DNA of 33,249 bases, taken from assembly GCF_001194135.2 (NCBI RefSeq), contig NC_068990.1, forward strand, positions 24,305,806 to 24,339,054, written 5' to 3'. The position numbers were made by a program, and so were the translations under genes. Every line of letters begins with the position of its first letter. The first letter of the stretch is position 1. Positions 21,955 through 33,249 of the stretch are shown one piece after another. The stretch comes from Octopus bimaculoides (taxonomy: Eukaryota). The notes under the pieces were generated by a model, which was given only the letters and a program-made list of their open reading frames with translations, was not told the DNA's origin and did no database searches.

Positions 21955-22102
21955 CCAGTGCTCAACTGGTGCTTATTTCATCGACCCGACAGGATGAAAT
22001 GCAAAGTCGATCTTCGCGAAATTTGAACTCAGAGCGTAAAGCTAGATGAAATGCCACTAAGTATCTTGTCCGGCTCGTTGACGGTTCGGCCAGCTCATCG
22101 CC
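21955..22102 (-). mobile_element. SINE family 1 copy I (3' end in gap)
   Basis: Core, B box (ATTTGAACTCAG) and head (GCCAGCTCATCGCC) on the reverse strand. Confidence 0.8.
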
Positions 22103-22115
22103 ATAGTAATAATGA

Positions 22116-22303
22116 TTTAAAATTTTGGCACAAACTCGCAGATTTGAGGGGAGGTGTGAGTCGGTTATATTGTGCTTATTTTAACAATCTCGAAAGGATC
22201 AAAGGTAAAGCTGACCTCAGTGGAAATTGAACTCAGAACCTAAAGAACTAGAAGAAATGCATCAAATCATTTGGTTCGATGCGCTACCGATTCTGCCAGG
22301 TCA
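22116..22303 (-). mobile_element. SINE family 1 copy J
   Basis: Tail AAATTTTGGCACAA, B box TTGAACTCAGAAC, head ATTCTGCCAG. Confidence 0.75.
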
Positions 22304-22307
22304 GCAG

Positions 22308-22481
22308 TTTTGAGAGCAAGAGTAACTCGATGCCATCGATACCAGCACTTGACTAGTACTTTATTTTATTGACCCCCGAAGGGATGAAAAGTAAAGCTGA
22401 CCAAGGAGGGATTTGAAACCTACGGTTTAAAAAGCCGGTATGAATGCTTTAAGGCATTCGGACGCTTTAATGATTCTGCTC
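22308..22481 (-). mobile_element. SINE family 1 copy K (diverged)
   Basis: CATCGATACCAGCACTTGACTAGTACTT core, GACCCCCGAAGGGATGAAAAGTAAAG, head ATGATTCTGC. Confidence 0.7.
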
Positions 22482-22585
22482 ATAATTGTTTCTAATATTG
22501 TCTCAGTTGATAAACCCTAGGAATTAAACAATGGAACTAGCAGCTGAATCTCCTTTAAATTAAACCCCAGCATTTACAAAAATAT

Positions 22586-22799
22586 TGGTCTCAAATTCTG
22601 GCACAAAGCCAGCAGTTTGGTGGGAGGGGCAAGTCGATTTTATCGACCCCAGTGTTCACCCGGTACTTATTTTATCAACTCCGACAGGACGAAAGGCAAA
22701 GTCGGCCTCAGCGGAATTTGAACACAGAACATAAAGACGGACGAAATGCTGTTAAGCATTCTGCCCGGTGTGCTAACGATTCTGCCAGCTCGGCACCTT
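22586..22799 (-). mobile_element. SINE family 1 copy L (full length)
   Basis: Continuous reverse-complement match to copy A over about 210 bp. Confidence 0.88.
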
Positions 22800-22974
22800 A
22801 GTGCTTACAAATATTCTTAAAAAGTGGACAAAGATGTGTTGATCTCTGTTTGAACTTATTTGATCAAAACGTCTTCTACACGTTTTACTACAGTTGCCCG
22901 ATGACGAAACTACAAAATTAGCAACCCATCTTTTTAAAATTTTAAATTAAATCAAAACTTACTTCTTCGAACAG

Positions 22975-23130
22975 ACATAGCTGTTTCCTTACGACGTGGT
23001 CTCGAGTTCGATCGCACCGTATAACACCAATGATAAGTGTTCTTCTTGTTCTGTTGTTGTATAGCGTCCGGCCAATCAAATCCGCTTAAGTGACATTTGG
23101 TAGATAGATATCGTGCAGAAGCACGTCCAC
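22975..23130 (+). mobile_element. Degenerate 5' part of SINE family 3
   Basis: GAGTTCGATC (B box-like), AAGTGTTCTTC..TATAGC..TTTGGTAGATAG..AGAAGC resemble the 5' half of the 31150-31624 element. Confidence 0.5.
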
Positions 23131-23373
23131 CGGGCTGTTCCTGGTCACAAATGATGGTCATTTTGAGCAGCTGTTTGGTATAACACCACAACTATCAACA
23201 GCACCTTGGGTAACTTTTGGGGTATCCGCACTGCAGGAAGACTTTAGTCTAAACTCCGGCCTGAGAATATCTTCCAATATAGCCGTCAATGAAAAGAACC
23301 TTGGGTGCTATCCTTCAACCCGTAACTAAAAGATAGGCAGGCACACAAATGTATATACGTATTTGAATTTTCA

Positions 23374-23408
<35 letters not shown>

Positions 23409-24295
23409 NNNNNNNNNNNNNNNNNNNNNNNNNNNNNNNNNNNNNNNNNNNNNNNNNNNNNNNNNNNNNNNNNNNNNNNNNNNNNNNNNNNNNNNNNNNN
23501 NNNNNNNNNNNNNNNNNNNNNNNNNNNNNNNNNNNNNNNNNNNNNNNNNNNNNNNNNNNNNNNNNNNNNNNNNNNNNNNNNNNNNNNNNNNNNNNNNNNN
23601 NNNNNNNNNNNNNNNNNNNNNNNNNNNNNNNNNNNNNNNNNNNNNNNNNNNNNNNNNNNNNNNNNNNNNNNNNNNNNNNNNNNNNNNNNNNNNNNNNNNN
23701 NNNNNNNNNNNNNNNNNNNNNNNNNNNNNNNNNNNNNNNNNNNNNNNNNNNNNNNNNNNNNNNNNNNNNNNNNNNNNNNNNNNNNNNNNNNNNNNNNNNN
23801 NNNNNNNNNNNNNNNNNNNNNNNNNNNNNNNNNNNNNNNNNNNNNNNNNNNNNNNNNNNNNNNNNNNNNNNNNNNNNNNNNNNNNNNNNNNNNNNNNNNN
23901 NNNNNNNNNNNNNNNNNNNNNNNNNNNNNNNNNNNNNNNNNNNNNNNNNNNNNNNNNNNNNNNNNNNNNNNNNNNNNNNNNNNNNNNNNNNNNNNNNNNN
24001 NNNNNNNNNNNNNNNNNNNNNNNNNNNNNNNNNNNNNNNNNNNNNNNNNNNNNNNNNNNNNNNNNNNNNNNNNNNNNNNNNNNNNNNNNNNNNNNNNNNN
24101 NNNNNNNNNNNNNNNNNNNNNNNNNNNNNNNNNNNNNNNNNNNNNNNNNNCTAGCCATGGAGGAATGTAGTGGCGGACGAAAAACAAGACAGGAAAACAA
24201 ATATCTCTCTTGCTTATATATCTATTTACTTATATATTTACGTATCTAAATGCCTACGTATTTTCTAACTTGTATTCTACTAGTAGATACGTATG

Positions 24296-24329
<34 letters not shown>

Positions 24330-24499
24330 TGTATGTATAAGTAATGCTTGTGCTGTGGTCAGATATTTTTTCTTTTCTTTTTTTTGGTGCAGATTTTGCT
24401 TGTGTAGAATATGAAACACCTGTGTCTGCAAGACTTACAATCTGTCTATCTGCCTCTCTGCCCGTTATGTGTGTGTGTATGTGTGTTTACGTGCGTGTG

Positions 24500-24542
<43 letters not shown>

Positions 24543-24866
24543 GCACACATGTATATATATCTTACACACACACATTTATAGATGCATGCATATATATGCA
24601 TGAATGATTGTTTATCTTAATGTGCATTTACATGTAGAAAGCCACAAAACGGAGGTATCCGTCGCGAGAAAGCATCTCGTATAGACGTAGAGTTCTAAAA
24701 ATCACAGGCGTGCATCAATAATACACGAAAAGCGCCCAACAGCGGCAGTGAAATTGTTAAGTCTACCTTTCTACATCTTTATGTACGTGTGTGCACGAAT
24801 GGATGTGCGTTTCATAAGCCTTCTTTGGCAAAACTTCGAAGACAGTTAAATTTATATACATGTATA

Positions 24867-24962
<96 letters not shown>

Positions 24963-25027
24963 AGGATTTACTTTTCGTAATAAGATAAAAACCAAGGCTG
25001 TGTATAGTATAGAACATTTATAAATAA

Positions 25028-25075
25028 GTCTTACAGCTGTTTCCAGGATATTTATTATATCCCTTCATCGGAGAC
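25028..25075 (-). ncRNA. Minimal type I hammerhead ribozyme motif, antisense within neurofilament intron 1
   Basis: Minus strand reads GTCT-CCGATGA-AGGGATAT-AATAA-ATATCCTG-GAAAC-AGCT-GTA|AGAC. It has a 4-bp stem I, a 7-bp stem II under an A.G mismatch, palindromic ACAGCUGU stem/loop III and a GUA site. Core U4 is C. Confidence 0.7.
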
Positions 25076-25517
25076 GGTGTGAGATGATGGTTAAGCAGTA
25101 GTTAGTTTAGATAAGATAGGAAATAGAGAGTGAATGTAGGGATATTGTATTTGTAAATCCATTGTTTAGGCAGAATGGTATACATATTCGCATAATCACC
25201 AAACCTGGAGCTTAACTATGGTCTATCCAAAGCACTTACTCAGCATTACTTGAAACCTCTGGGTCTAATTGACACCAGTATTGCTCATAACATATACATA
25301 TACATATATATATATACCTATATCTATATATATATAATGCATATAAGTACACATTACTTAAAGTATATGTCAGAAAATTGCTCAGCTAACAATTTACAAA
25401 ATGTCATAAATAGTTTTGGAGACTACAACGAAAGTCTCTAGAGAAGGAATACCAAACGCTTGTAAGAGTACTGGATTAAAGTACACAGCTCGGAGTTTCA
25501 CAGACACACAAACAAGT

Positions 25518-25565
<48 letters not shown>

Positions 25566-25727
25566 ATGAATCTATATATAGGGTACAGGGACACGGAGAT
25601 GCATTAATTGTGAGTGAGAAAGTAAAGGAGACTATTAGATTGTGGGCGATGGCGAAATGTCATAGACTGTAGTTGAAAGTTTGGTAATGGAGGTGAGTGA
25701 AGAGTATGTGTAGAGAGACAAAGTGAG

Positions 25728-25788
<61 letters not shown>

Positions 25789-26005
25789 GAGAGTGAAGTT
25801 AGTGGAGGAAGGAGAGGCGAGGGACTAAAATTGCTTTCGGGTGGAGAAGCGAGAGAATGAATGAAAGGTCATTGGTAGTCATTATTTGTTGGTGTGTGTT
25901 AGTGTGACGTGTTAATGTGTGATAGATAGATAGAGAGACAGAGAGATGAAATGGAGAGATAGTAGAGATATAGAGAGAAATGGACGGAATGGTAAAGAGA
26001 TAGAT

Positions 26006-26310
26006 CAGGGTTTCTCAACCATTTTATCTATGGACCCCTTAGATTACTATTCTATTCTGGTGGACACCCCCGCCATAGCTATTCAATGTTTAAAACTAGT
26101 TTCATAGAAACTTCTTTCGAAACTTCTATTTTATTTTTCACACATTAACTTGTGTAGGCTGAATTATGTAAAGTGTTAGAGAAAGAAACCTAGCCGTTTC
26201 TTGCAATACGTACTAATACATACATTTAAAGCAAATTTTTTTTCCAGGAGCCCTTAAAATACAATTGTAGATCCCCAATTTATTGTTTCGTTGCGTGGAC
26301 CCAATAACTG
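26006..26310 (+). mobile_element. hAT (Charlie-like) non-autonomous element/MITE inserted in a (GATA)n tract
   Basis: Begins CAGGGTTTCTCAACC (Charlie-type TIR), has internal TGGACCCC repeats and ends in CTG. Flanked by 8-bp AGATAGAT / AGATAGGT (7/8 TSD). The right TIR is degraded. Confidence 0.6.
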
Positions 26311-26317
26311 AGATAGG

Positions 26318-26366
<49 letters not shown>

Positions 26367-26453
26367 GGATAAATAGACAGACAGATAGATAGATAGATAG
26401 ATAGATAGATANNNNNNNNNNAGATAGATAGATAGATGGATAAATAGACAGAC

Positions 26454-26513
<60 letters not shown>

Positions 26514-27407
26514 TGTGTGAACAAAATGAAGTTGGTAAAAGGCATACTCAGAAAGAGAGTAAGTTAGAGAAAGGGTGAGAGAGAGAGAGAGAGACAAGGA
26601 TTAATAGATAAAGAAAGAAAAGTAAAGGGAACCTAATTAATTAAGTTAAAGGAGGAGATGAAAAGCTTTATTGCAGGTACAAGGTTTTGAAGTAAACTAG
26701 TACTTGCAGGTAGCCAAGGGTAGGTGGTTTGGGTGAGTCCCGGTTATAAAAAAGACAAACAAAAAAGAANNNNNNNNNNNNNNNNNNNNNNNNNNNNNNN
26801 NNNNNNNNNNNNNNNNNNNNNNNNNNNNNNNNNNNNNNNNNNNNNNNNNNNNNNNNNNNNNNNNNNNNNNNNNNNNNNNNNNNNNNNNNNNNNNNNNNNN
26901 NNNNNNNNNNNNNNNNNNNNNNNNNNNNNNNNNNNNNNNNNNNNNNNNNNNNNNNNNNNNNNGCCGGCCAGTCGCATGCTCCCACTCCGCGCCTCCTTCA
27001 CCTGCCACCATTCTCCTTCCTCCTCTCTTCCAACACACCACTACCACTGCCAACGCCAATACCACCACCACCACCACCACCACCGCCATCACTACAACCA
27101 TCACCGCCTCCCCCCCACTATCATTATAGCCACCGGTAAACTTTACAGCTTGTTTCATTACGTTGTCGTAGACCTTTGCTAGGTCGGACGTTTTCTATTG
27201 ATTTGCTTCATAGTCACACACAGACACACATACGCATATACGTACACTCACACACGTTTACAACACACACACACACACAAACACACGGACAGGTATACGC
27301 GCATATATATATATATCACTACAGACGCAGACACACATACACACAGAATGGCGCATAATACACACATATACACACACTTGCGCATAACAGACTCGCATAA
27401 TCGCAGT

Positions 27408-27446
<39 letters not shown>

Positions 27447-28445
27447 TAGCTATTCACACACACGAATACACACACACACACACACACACANNNNNNNNNN
27501 NNNNNNNNNNNNNNNNNNNNNNNNNNNNNNNNNNNNNNNNNNNNNNNNNNNNNNNNNNNNNNNNNNNNNNNNNNNNNNNNNNNNNNNNNNNNNNNNNNNN
27601 NNNNNNNNNNNNNNNNNNNNNNNNNNNNNNNNNNNNNNNNNNNNNNNNNNNNNNNNNNNNNNNNNNNNNNNNNNNNNNNNNNNNNNNNNNNNNNNNNNNN
27701 NNNNNNNNNNNNNNNNNNNNNNNNNNNNNNNNNNNNNNNNNNNNNNNNNNNNNNNNNNNNNNNNNNNNNNNNNNNNNNNNNNNNNNNNNNNNNNNNNNNN
27801 NNNNNNNNNNNNNNNNNNNNNNNNNNNNNNNNNNNNNNNNNNNNNNNNNNNNNNNNNNNNNNNNNNNNNNNNNNNNNNNNNNNNNNNNNNNNNNNNNNNN
27901 NNNNNNNNNNNNNNNNNNNNNNNNNNNNNNNNNNNNNNNNNNNNNNNNNNNNNNNNNNNNNNNNNNNNNNNNNNNNNNNNNNNNNNNNNNNNNNNNNNNN
28001 NNNNNNNNNNNNNNNNNNNNNNNNNNNNNNNNNNNNNNNNNNNNNNNNNNNNNNNNNNNNNNNNNNNNNNNNNNNNNNNNNNNNNNNNNNNNNNNNNNNN
28101 NNNNNNNNNNNNNNNNNNNNNNNNNNNNNNNNNNNNNNNNNNNNNNNNNNNNNNNNNNNNNNNNNNNNNNNNNNNNNNNNNNNNNNNNNNNNNNNNNNNN
28201 NNNNNNNNNNNNNNNNNNNNNNNNNNNNNNNNNNNNNNNNNNNNNNNNNNNNNNNNNNNNNNNNNNNNNNNNNNNNNNNNNNNNNNNNNNNNNNNNNNNN
28301 NNNNNNNNNNNNNNNNNNNNNNNNNNNNNNNNNNNNNNNNNNNNNCATGTACCAAATACAATTACAAAGCAGTAGTCGCCCTGCGCGGCAGTAAAAAGAC
28401 ACCGGTCCAATGGCCGAAGCTGTGTAATTGAACGCACATCATATG

Positions 28446-28482
<37 letters not shown>

Positions 28483-29036
28483 TTATATATATAGGTTAAG
28501 TTGTGTATAGATTGTCTTATTTACTTCACTTCAAGTGTAAATACACACCCATTTTCATTTGTATGCATACGCATACTTTCACACTCCCACACACACACAC
28601 ACACACACGCTCTTCCTCCCACATTCTCACACATACATACATACTTTAGTATATATACATGCAGGTTTTCGTCCACGCACACACAAACATATATACAACA
28701 CATTTTTCCACTCTGGCCTACTGCTGGTTGGTGGGTCACTCCCATAGACGAGAGAGTTACTTAGACGGCATTTGAACACTGAACACAAGCCGGTACAAAT
28801 ACAGCAAGTTATATCACCCAAAGTTGCAACAATTACCGCCACCCTACATGAACACACACACATTCATTTGTTTTTATGTGAAGTTATAATAGAAACAAGG
28901 TATAACATTAGACTAAAAAATTACTCAATTTTTTCTTTTAGAGATTGGCCTTCTCCGGACTGTCTAATAAAGGCTATCAAGCCGAAACTTTGAACTCACT
29001 ATTAACGCTCTTTATATCAAAGTCTCCCTCTCTCTA

Positions 29037-29102
<66 letters not shown>

Positions 29103-29320
29103 CAATTTCTGCTGCTTCACGAAGAAGGGGTAGACGACAGGACTCCATACATAAATGTAGAGTATTTTTTACTACATTAAAACAGAAAAGTTCCTGATCG
29201 ACAGTGCTCCGAGTTTCACGTCTCCACTCGTTCAGCTGGTACTCCAAGGTTTTGGAGCTTAGTTACACATTTTTTATTTTATTTTGCTTTTCATATTTCC
29301 TCAATATTCACTACCTTTCT

Positions 29321-29533
29321 CCCAAGGCTTGCGGTTTTGAGGGGAGGGGCGTGTCAGTTACATTGACCCCCCACCCCCACAGTTCTTGACTAGTAATTAA
29401 TTTCATCGACTCCGAAACAGATAAAAGGGAATATTAGCCTCATTGGGGTTTAAACTCAGAACATAAAGAGCTGCAAGCAATGCCGCTTAACATTTTGTTC
29501 GACGCACAAACTTTTCTGCCATGTCATCGCCTT
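29321..29533 (-). mobile_element. SINE family 1 copy M (diverged)
   Basis: Tail GAGGGGAGGGG, core CATTGACCCC..GACTAGTAATT..CATCGACTCCG, B box TAAACTCAGAAC, head TTCTGCCATGTCATCGCC. Confidence 0.7.
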
Positions 29534-29720
29534 ATCTTTCTTCAATAAAACTTTGTTTGGGTTAATAATTGCCTAGCTGTTCCAAGAACTCCTTAGTCGC
29601 ATTTCTTTCTGTTTTTTCAAGGAAACCTTCGTAGTGAGACGCTGCATATGTTTGCTGTGTTGTCTGTAGCGGGTCTCAAAGAATCATAGGAAAGAATGTG
29701 CAACTGGTAAAAACCATCCG

Positions 29721-29766
<46 letters not shown>

Positions 29767-29773
29767 TGTGTAG

Positions 29774-30141
29774 AAGCGCAATGGCTCAGTGGTTAAGGCA
29801 GCTGGCTCGCGGTCGTAGGATCGCGGTTTCGATTCCCAGACCGGGCGTTGTGAGTGTTTATTGAGCGAAAACACCTAAAGCTCCATGGGGTGGTTGCGAA
29901 CCCTGCTGTACTCTTTCACCACAACTTTCTCTCATTCTTTCTTCCTGTTTCTGTTGGACCTATATTTCAAAGGGCCAGCCTTGTCACACCCTGTGACACG
30001 CTTAATCTCCCTGAGAACTACGTTAAGGGTGCACGTGTCTGAGGAGTACTCAGCCACTTGCACGTTAATTTCACGAGCAGGCTGTTCCGTTTCTCGGTTC
30101 AACTGGGATCCTCGTTGTCGTAACCGACGGAGTGCCACGAC

Positions 30142-30144
<3 letters not shown>
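29774..30144 (+). mobile_element. tRNA-derived SINE, family 2 (about 370 bp)
   Basis: A box TGGCTCAGTGG (29782-29792) and B box GGTTTCGATTCCC (29825-29837), followed by about 300 bp of non-tRNA body ending GTCGTAACCGACGGAGTGCCACGACGAC. Sits between (CA)n and (AT)n. Confidence 0.8.
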
Positions 30145-30178
<34 letters not shown>

Positions 30179-30489
30179 AATAAGAGAGAGATCGTTTTCT
30201 TTCAAGTGATTGGTTATCGATCTACAGTCTTACGCTTTGTAACTGGTTTGTTATCGAATCAATCAGAGGGACACAGGATAAATATTTCACCCGTTAGACC
30301 ATTCACTGGATCCTCAAGCTGCTTATAAAACCTAGTAGTAGTAGTAGTAGTAGCAGCAGCAGTGTTTTATTTATATGCGAGCAAACACACGAACACACAC
30401 GGTCACACATACAATTAGCCTCTCTCTCTCTCTCTCTCACATACACACACACATACATACACACTACCGGTGCTGAAATTCAGGTTTGT

Positions 30490-30587
30490 TATCGGTGAGA
30501 TTTGAACTTAGAATATGAAGAGTCATAACTAGATGCTGCAACGCATTACATCGGACACTCCATTGATTCTACCAAAACGACCTGCCT
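30490..30587 (-). mobile_element. SINE family 1 head remnant N
   Basis: GATTTGAACTTAGAA B box and TTGATTCTACC..CCTGCC head in reverse orientation. Confidence 0.5.
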
Positions 30588-30731
30588 CAATATGTGTGTG
30601 TGTGTGTGTGTGTTTTGACATCAGATGTAATGCCGCTGTTGTTTATATTTCGGCAATAATATAATTTGCGAATCGACAGGACCCGGGAAGGTGTCATCAT
30701 AAATCGGTTTCAATCCAATACCAAAGCTAGG

Positions 30732-30767
<36 letters not shown>

Positions 30768-31149
30768 CATACACACACGCACATTTCTACGCGAATATAT
30801 ACATACACGCACACATATATACACACTCACACATAGAGACATACACACCATACACATATATACGGGAAATCTTTCACTTTTAATATACTTACATTAAACA
30901 GGAGCTTTTATTATATTAACGTGAAACAGCTCCCAATGAAAAACAGGAACATTTTTTGTGGCCCTTCACAGCTGAAGTTCTTTGATTCTATTCTGAAATA
31001 ACTACGCAGTAAATTGCAGCTGTTTTCTGCACAAGAAATTGGTTCTTAGCGATTTCTTAGTGCTAGCAGAACAAGCATTACCCAAACAAACGTTATATTT
31101 TTACCGTTTTCCTCAAATTAGCTTTAAGGCTTCTCTGCTAATGTATACA

Positions 31150-31387
31150 TTTTATCTTTTACTTGTTTCAGTCACAGACTGCGGCCATACTGGAGCAGAG
31201 TTTTGATGGGGTTTTAACCGAACAGATCGAGCCTAATGCTTATTTTTTAATGTATGGGATTTACTCAATCAGTAACTTCTGCCGGACCATAAGTTATGAG
31301 ACGGCAAATAAACGAATTCAGGTTGTCAAGCTTTTGTAGGGGAAAAACACAATGATAGATACATACAATATTCTCTTTCTCTCTATC

Positions 31388-31443
<56 letters not shown>

Positions 31444-31624
31444 AACATGCATAAACATATCAAAGGCTTCTTTCAGTTTCCATCTACCAAATTCATCCAC
31501 AGGGCATTGGTCAGCCTGGGGCTATAGCAGAAGACACTTATTGAATGTGCTGTGCAGTGGGACCGAACCTGAAACAACATAGTTGTAAAAGGACCTTGTT
31601 AACCACACACACGTGCCTGCGCCT
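31150..31624 (-). mobile_element. tRNA-derived SINE, family 3, with internal (TG)n/(TA)n microsatellite and LINE-like 3' tail
   Basis: Minus strand: GGCGCAGG..TGTGGTTA (A box-like), GGTTCGGTCCC (B box), body ..TTTGGTAGATGGAAACTGAAAGAAGCC, an internal dinucleotide tract, then GCTCCAGTATGGCCGCAGTCTGTGACTGAAACAAGTAAAAGA. Confidence 0.78.
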
Positions 31625-31960
31625 ACTATGGTAGCCTGAAACGAACACCCTGCTTAACAATACTGTCTAGCTACATGGCTATATTTACTAAGGCATTCAA
31701 AATATACCAGGCATTCAAAATATGTCTCTGGTGTCTTCATGATAACTGGACACTTTCATACGTTGCTTCCTACTCAAGTAATCAATAGTTTGCTGGTTTC
31801 CTGCCCCATTTTTTCTTCTTCACCCTGTCACCGAAAACAAGGTCATAGGGTTTGACCTTCTTCGTGTAATTGTGATCTCCATTCATTATTGTCAACACTG
31901 CTGTAGTCACTTTTGTGACCCTCTAGCTCCTCTCGCTCACACAAACACACACACGCACAC

Positions 31961-32002
<42 letters not shown>

Positions 32003-32474
32003 NNNNNNNNNNNNNNNNNNNNNNNNNNNNNNNNNNNNNNNNNNNNNNNNNNNNNNNNNNNNNNNNNNNNNNNNNNNNNNNNNNNNNNNNNNNNNNNNNN
32101 NNNNNNNNNNNNNNNNNNNNNNNNNNNNNNNNNNNNNNNNNNNNNNNNNNNNNNNNNNNNNNNNNNNNNNNNNNNNNNNNNNNNNNNNNNNNNNNNNNNN
32201 NNNNNNNNNNNNNNNNNNNNNNNNNNNNNNNNNNNNNNNNNNNNNNNNNNNNNNNNNNNNNNNNNNNNNNNNNNNNNNNNNNNNNNNNNNNNNNNNNNNN
32301 NNNNNNNNNNNNNNNNNNNNNNNNNNNNNNNNNNNNNNNNNNNNNNNNNNNNNCTTTGTAAAATGAGTGAAAGAAAGAAAGAAAAAATGAATGAAAAGAA
32401 ACGTTACAAACACGTACATGTATGGATAACCAATAAGTTTCAATCGATAAAAGATGAAGGAGACACAGAGCCCG

Positions 32475-32530
32475 GTACGAAAATCTACTTCAGTTACATT
32501 TCGAGTTCAAATCCTGCCGAGACGAAACAA
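32475..32530 (+). mobile_element. SINE family 1 head fragment O
   Basis: TTACATTTCGAGTTCAAATCCTGCCGAG matches the B-box segment of copies A and B. Confidence 0.5.
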
Positions 32531-33208
32531 AAATTGCTGCCAACTCAATGACCTATACGTCTTTAAGCTACAGAGCGTGCTCTGGCTTTAAATATGACCT
32601 TAAAACGTAAGGATGAATGCCATACTAAACTGATCACCTTTCACTACTTACATCAACCATCCTATAGTACATCAACAATTCTATTTTTTTACATGCATTT
32701 TCTTTACGCATTTTCTTTTAACCACAACAAAATAAATAGATTTAATTAATATAGCAGTGGTTTTGAAATCTTTTAATTTAGTACGTTATATTCTTAGTAT
32801 ACTTAACAGAATTTAATAAGCACCGATAAATTTGTCGTATTGTTCGATTGCTACTTTATATTCTAATATGAAGAAATTATTTTGTGAGTTTATAGAAGTG
32901 TAATTACATATATATAGAAATGCATTGACCTGGGAGAGGCTACACAAGACAAAGGCTTTGTCTTATCCCTAATTCAAATGATTAATTAAACACACACACA
33001 CATAATATTTGAAAGTTTGCACGATAATCTTTTCTGCTGCTGGCCGTCCTCGGGGGCAGTCGGAACCATTGTGGTGCATACATTTTCGTAGAATAATATG
33101 CTAATTTACAGTCGTATTTTGTATCAAAGTAAACCACTTCAATTGAACTGTCAGCTGCGAAGTAAATAAATAATGAGTATGTGTGTATACATACATACAT
33201 ACATACAT

Positions 33209-33249
<41 letters not shown>

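Noticed and set aside
21955-22800. CRISPR-like or regularly spaced repeat array
   Set aside because: The units are diverged SINE copies of about 150-210 bp without constant repeat-spacer periodicity; the sequence is eukaryotic and has no cas genes.
22893-22925. Fourth hammerhead-like string GTTGC-CCGATGA-C-GAAAC-TACAAAA-TTA-GCAAC
   Set aside because: Stem I is perfect, but stem II is absent and stem III lacks the C-G pair, so it cannot fold as a hammerhead. It may be a deleted relic or a chance match.
24151-24201. 51-bp near-exact repeat of 20760-20810
   Set aside because: It starts exactly at a gap edge and ends abruptly. It could be a second repeat copy or a misplaced contig end, and cannot be interpreted without reads.
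29774-29845. tRNA gene
   Set aside because: A and B boxes are present, but I could not form an acceptor stem or a clean cloverleaf, no oligo-T terminator follows, and the sequence continues into a SINE body.

Overview
Eukaryotic, AT-rich, microsatellite-dense genomic DNA with 16 N-gaps (about 6.7 kb by my count). It is very likely octopus (coleoid cephalopod); this is inferred from the protein and the repeat landscape. The only host protein-coding sequence I can support is coding exon 1 (18376-18905, +) of the cephalopod neurofilament gene (squid NF60/NF70/NF220 type, lamin-like intermediate filament). It has a CCAAT-TATA-Inr promoter upstream and a first intron running past the window end. 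The rest is repeat-derived: about 15 copies of one tRNA-derived SINE family, two other tRNA-SINE families, a CR1-like LINE 3' fragment, mariner and maT/DD37D transposase relics, a mariner-type MITE, a hAT-type MITE and an unnamed dispersed repeat. All other ORFs in the track are microsatellite or N-gap artefacts, or TE relics. Best leads: (1) three degenerate minimal type I hammerhead ribozyme motifs of the Penelope/retrozyme kind; (2) a LINE and a SINE sharing a 3' end whose hairpin shows compensatory substitutions; (3) the neurofilament first intron at the same codon and phase as lamin A intron 1; (4) a pseudoknot-capable element in intron 1. No prokaryotic-type features (CRISPR, operons) are present.
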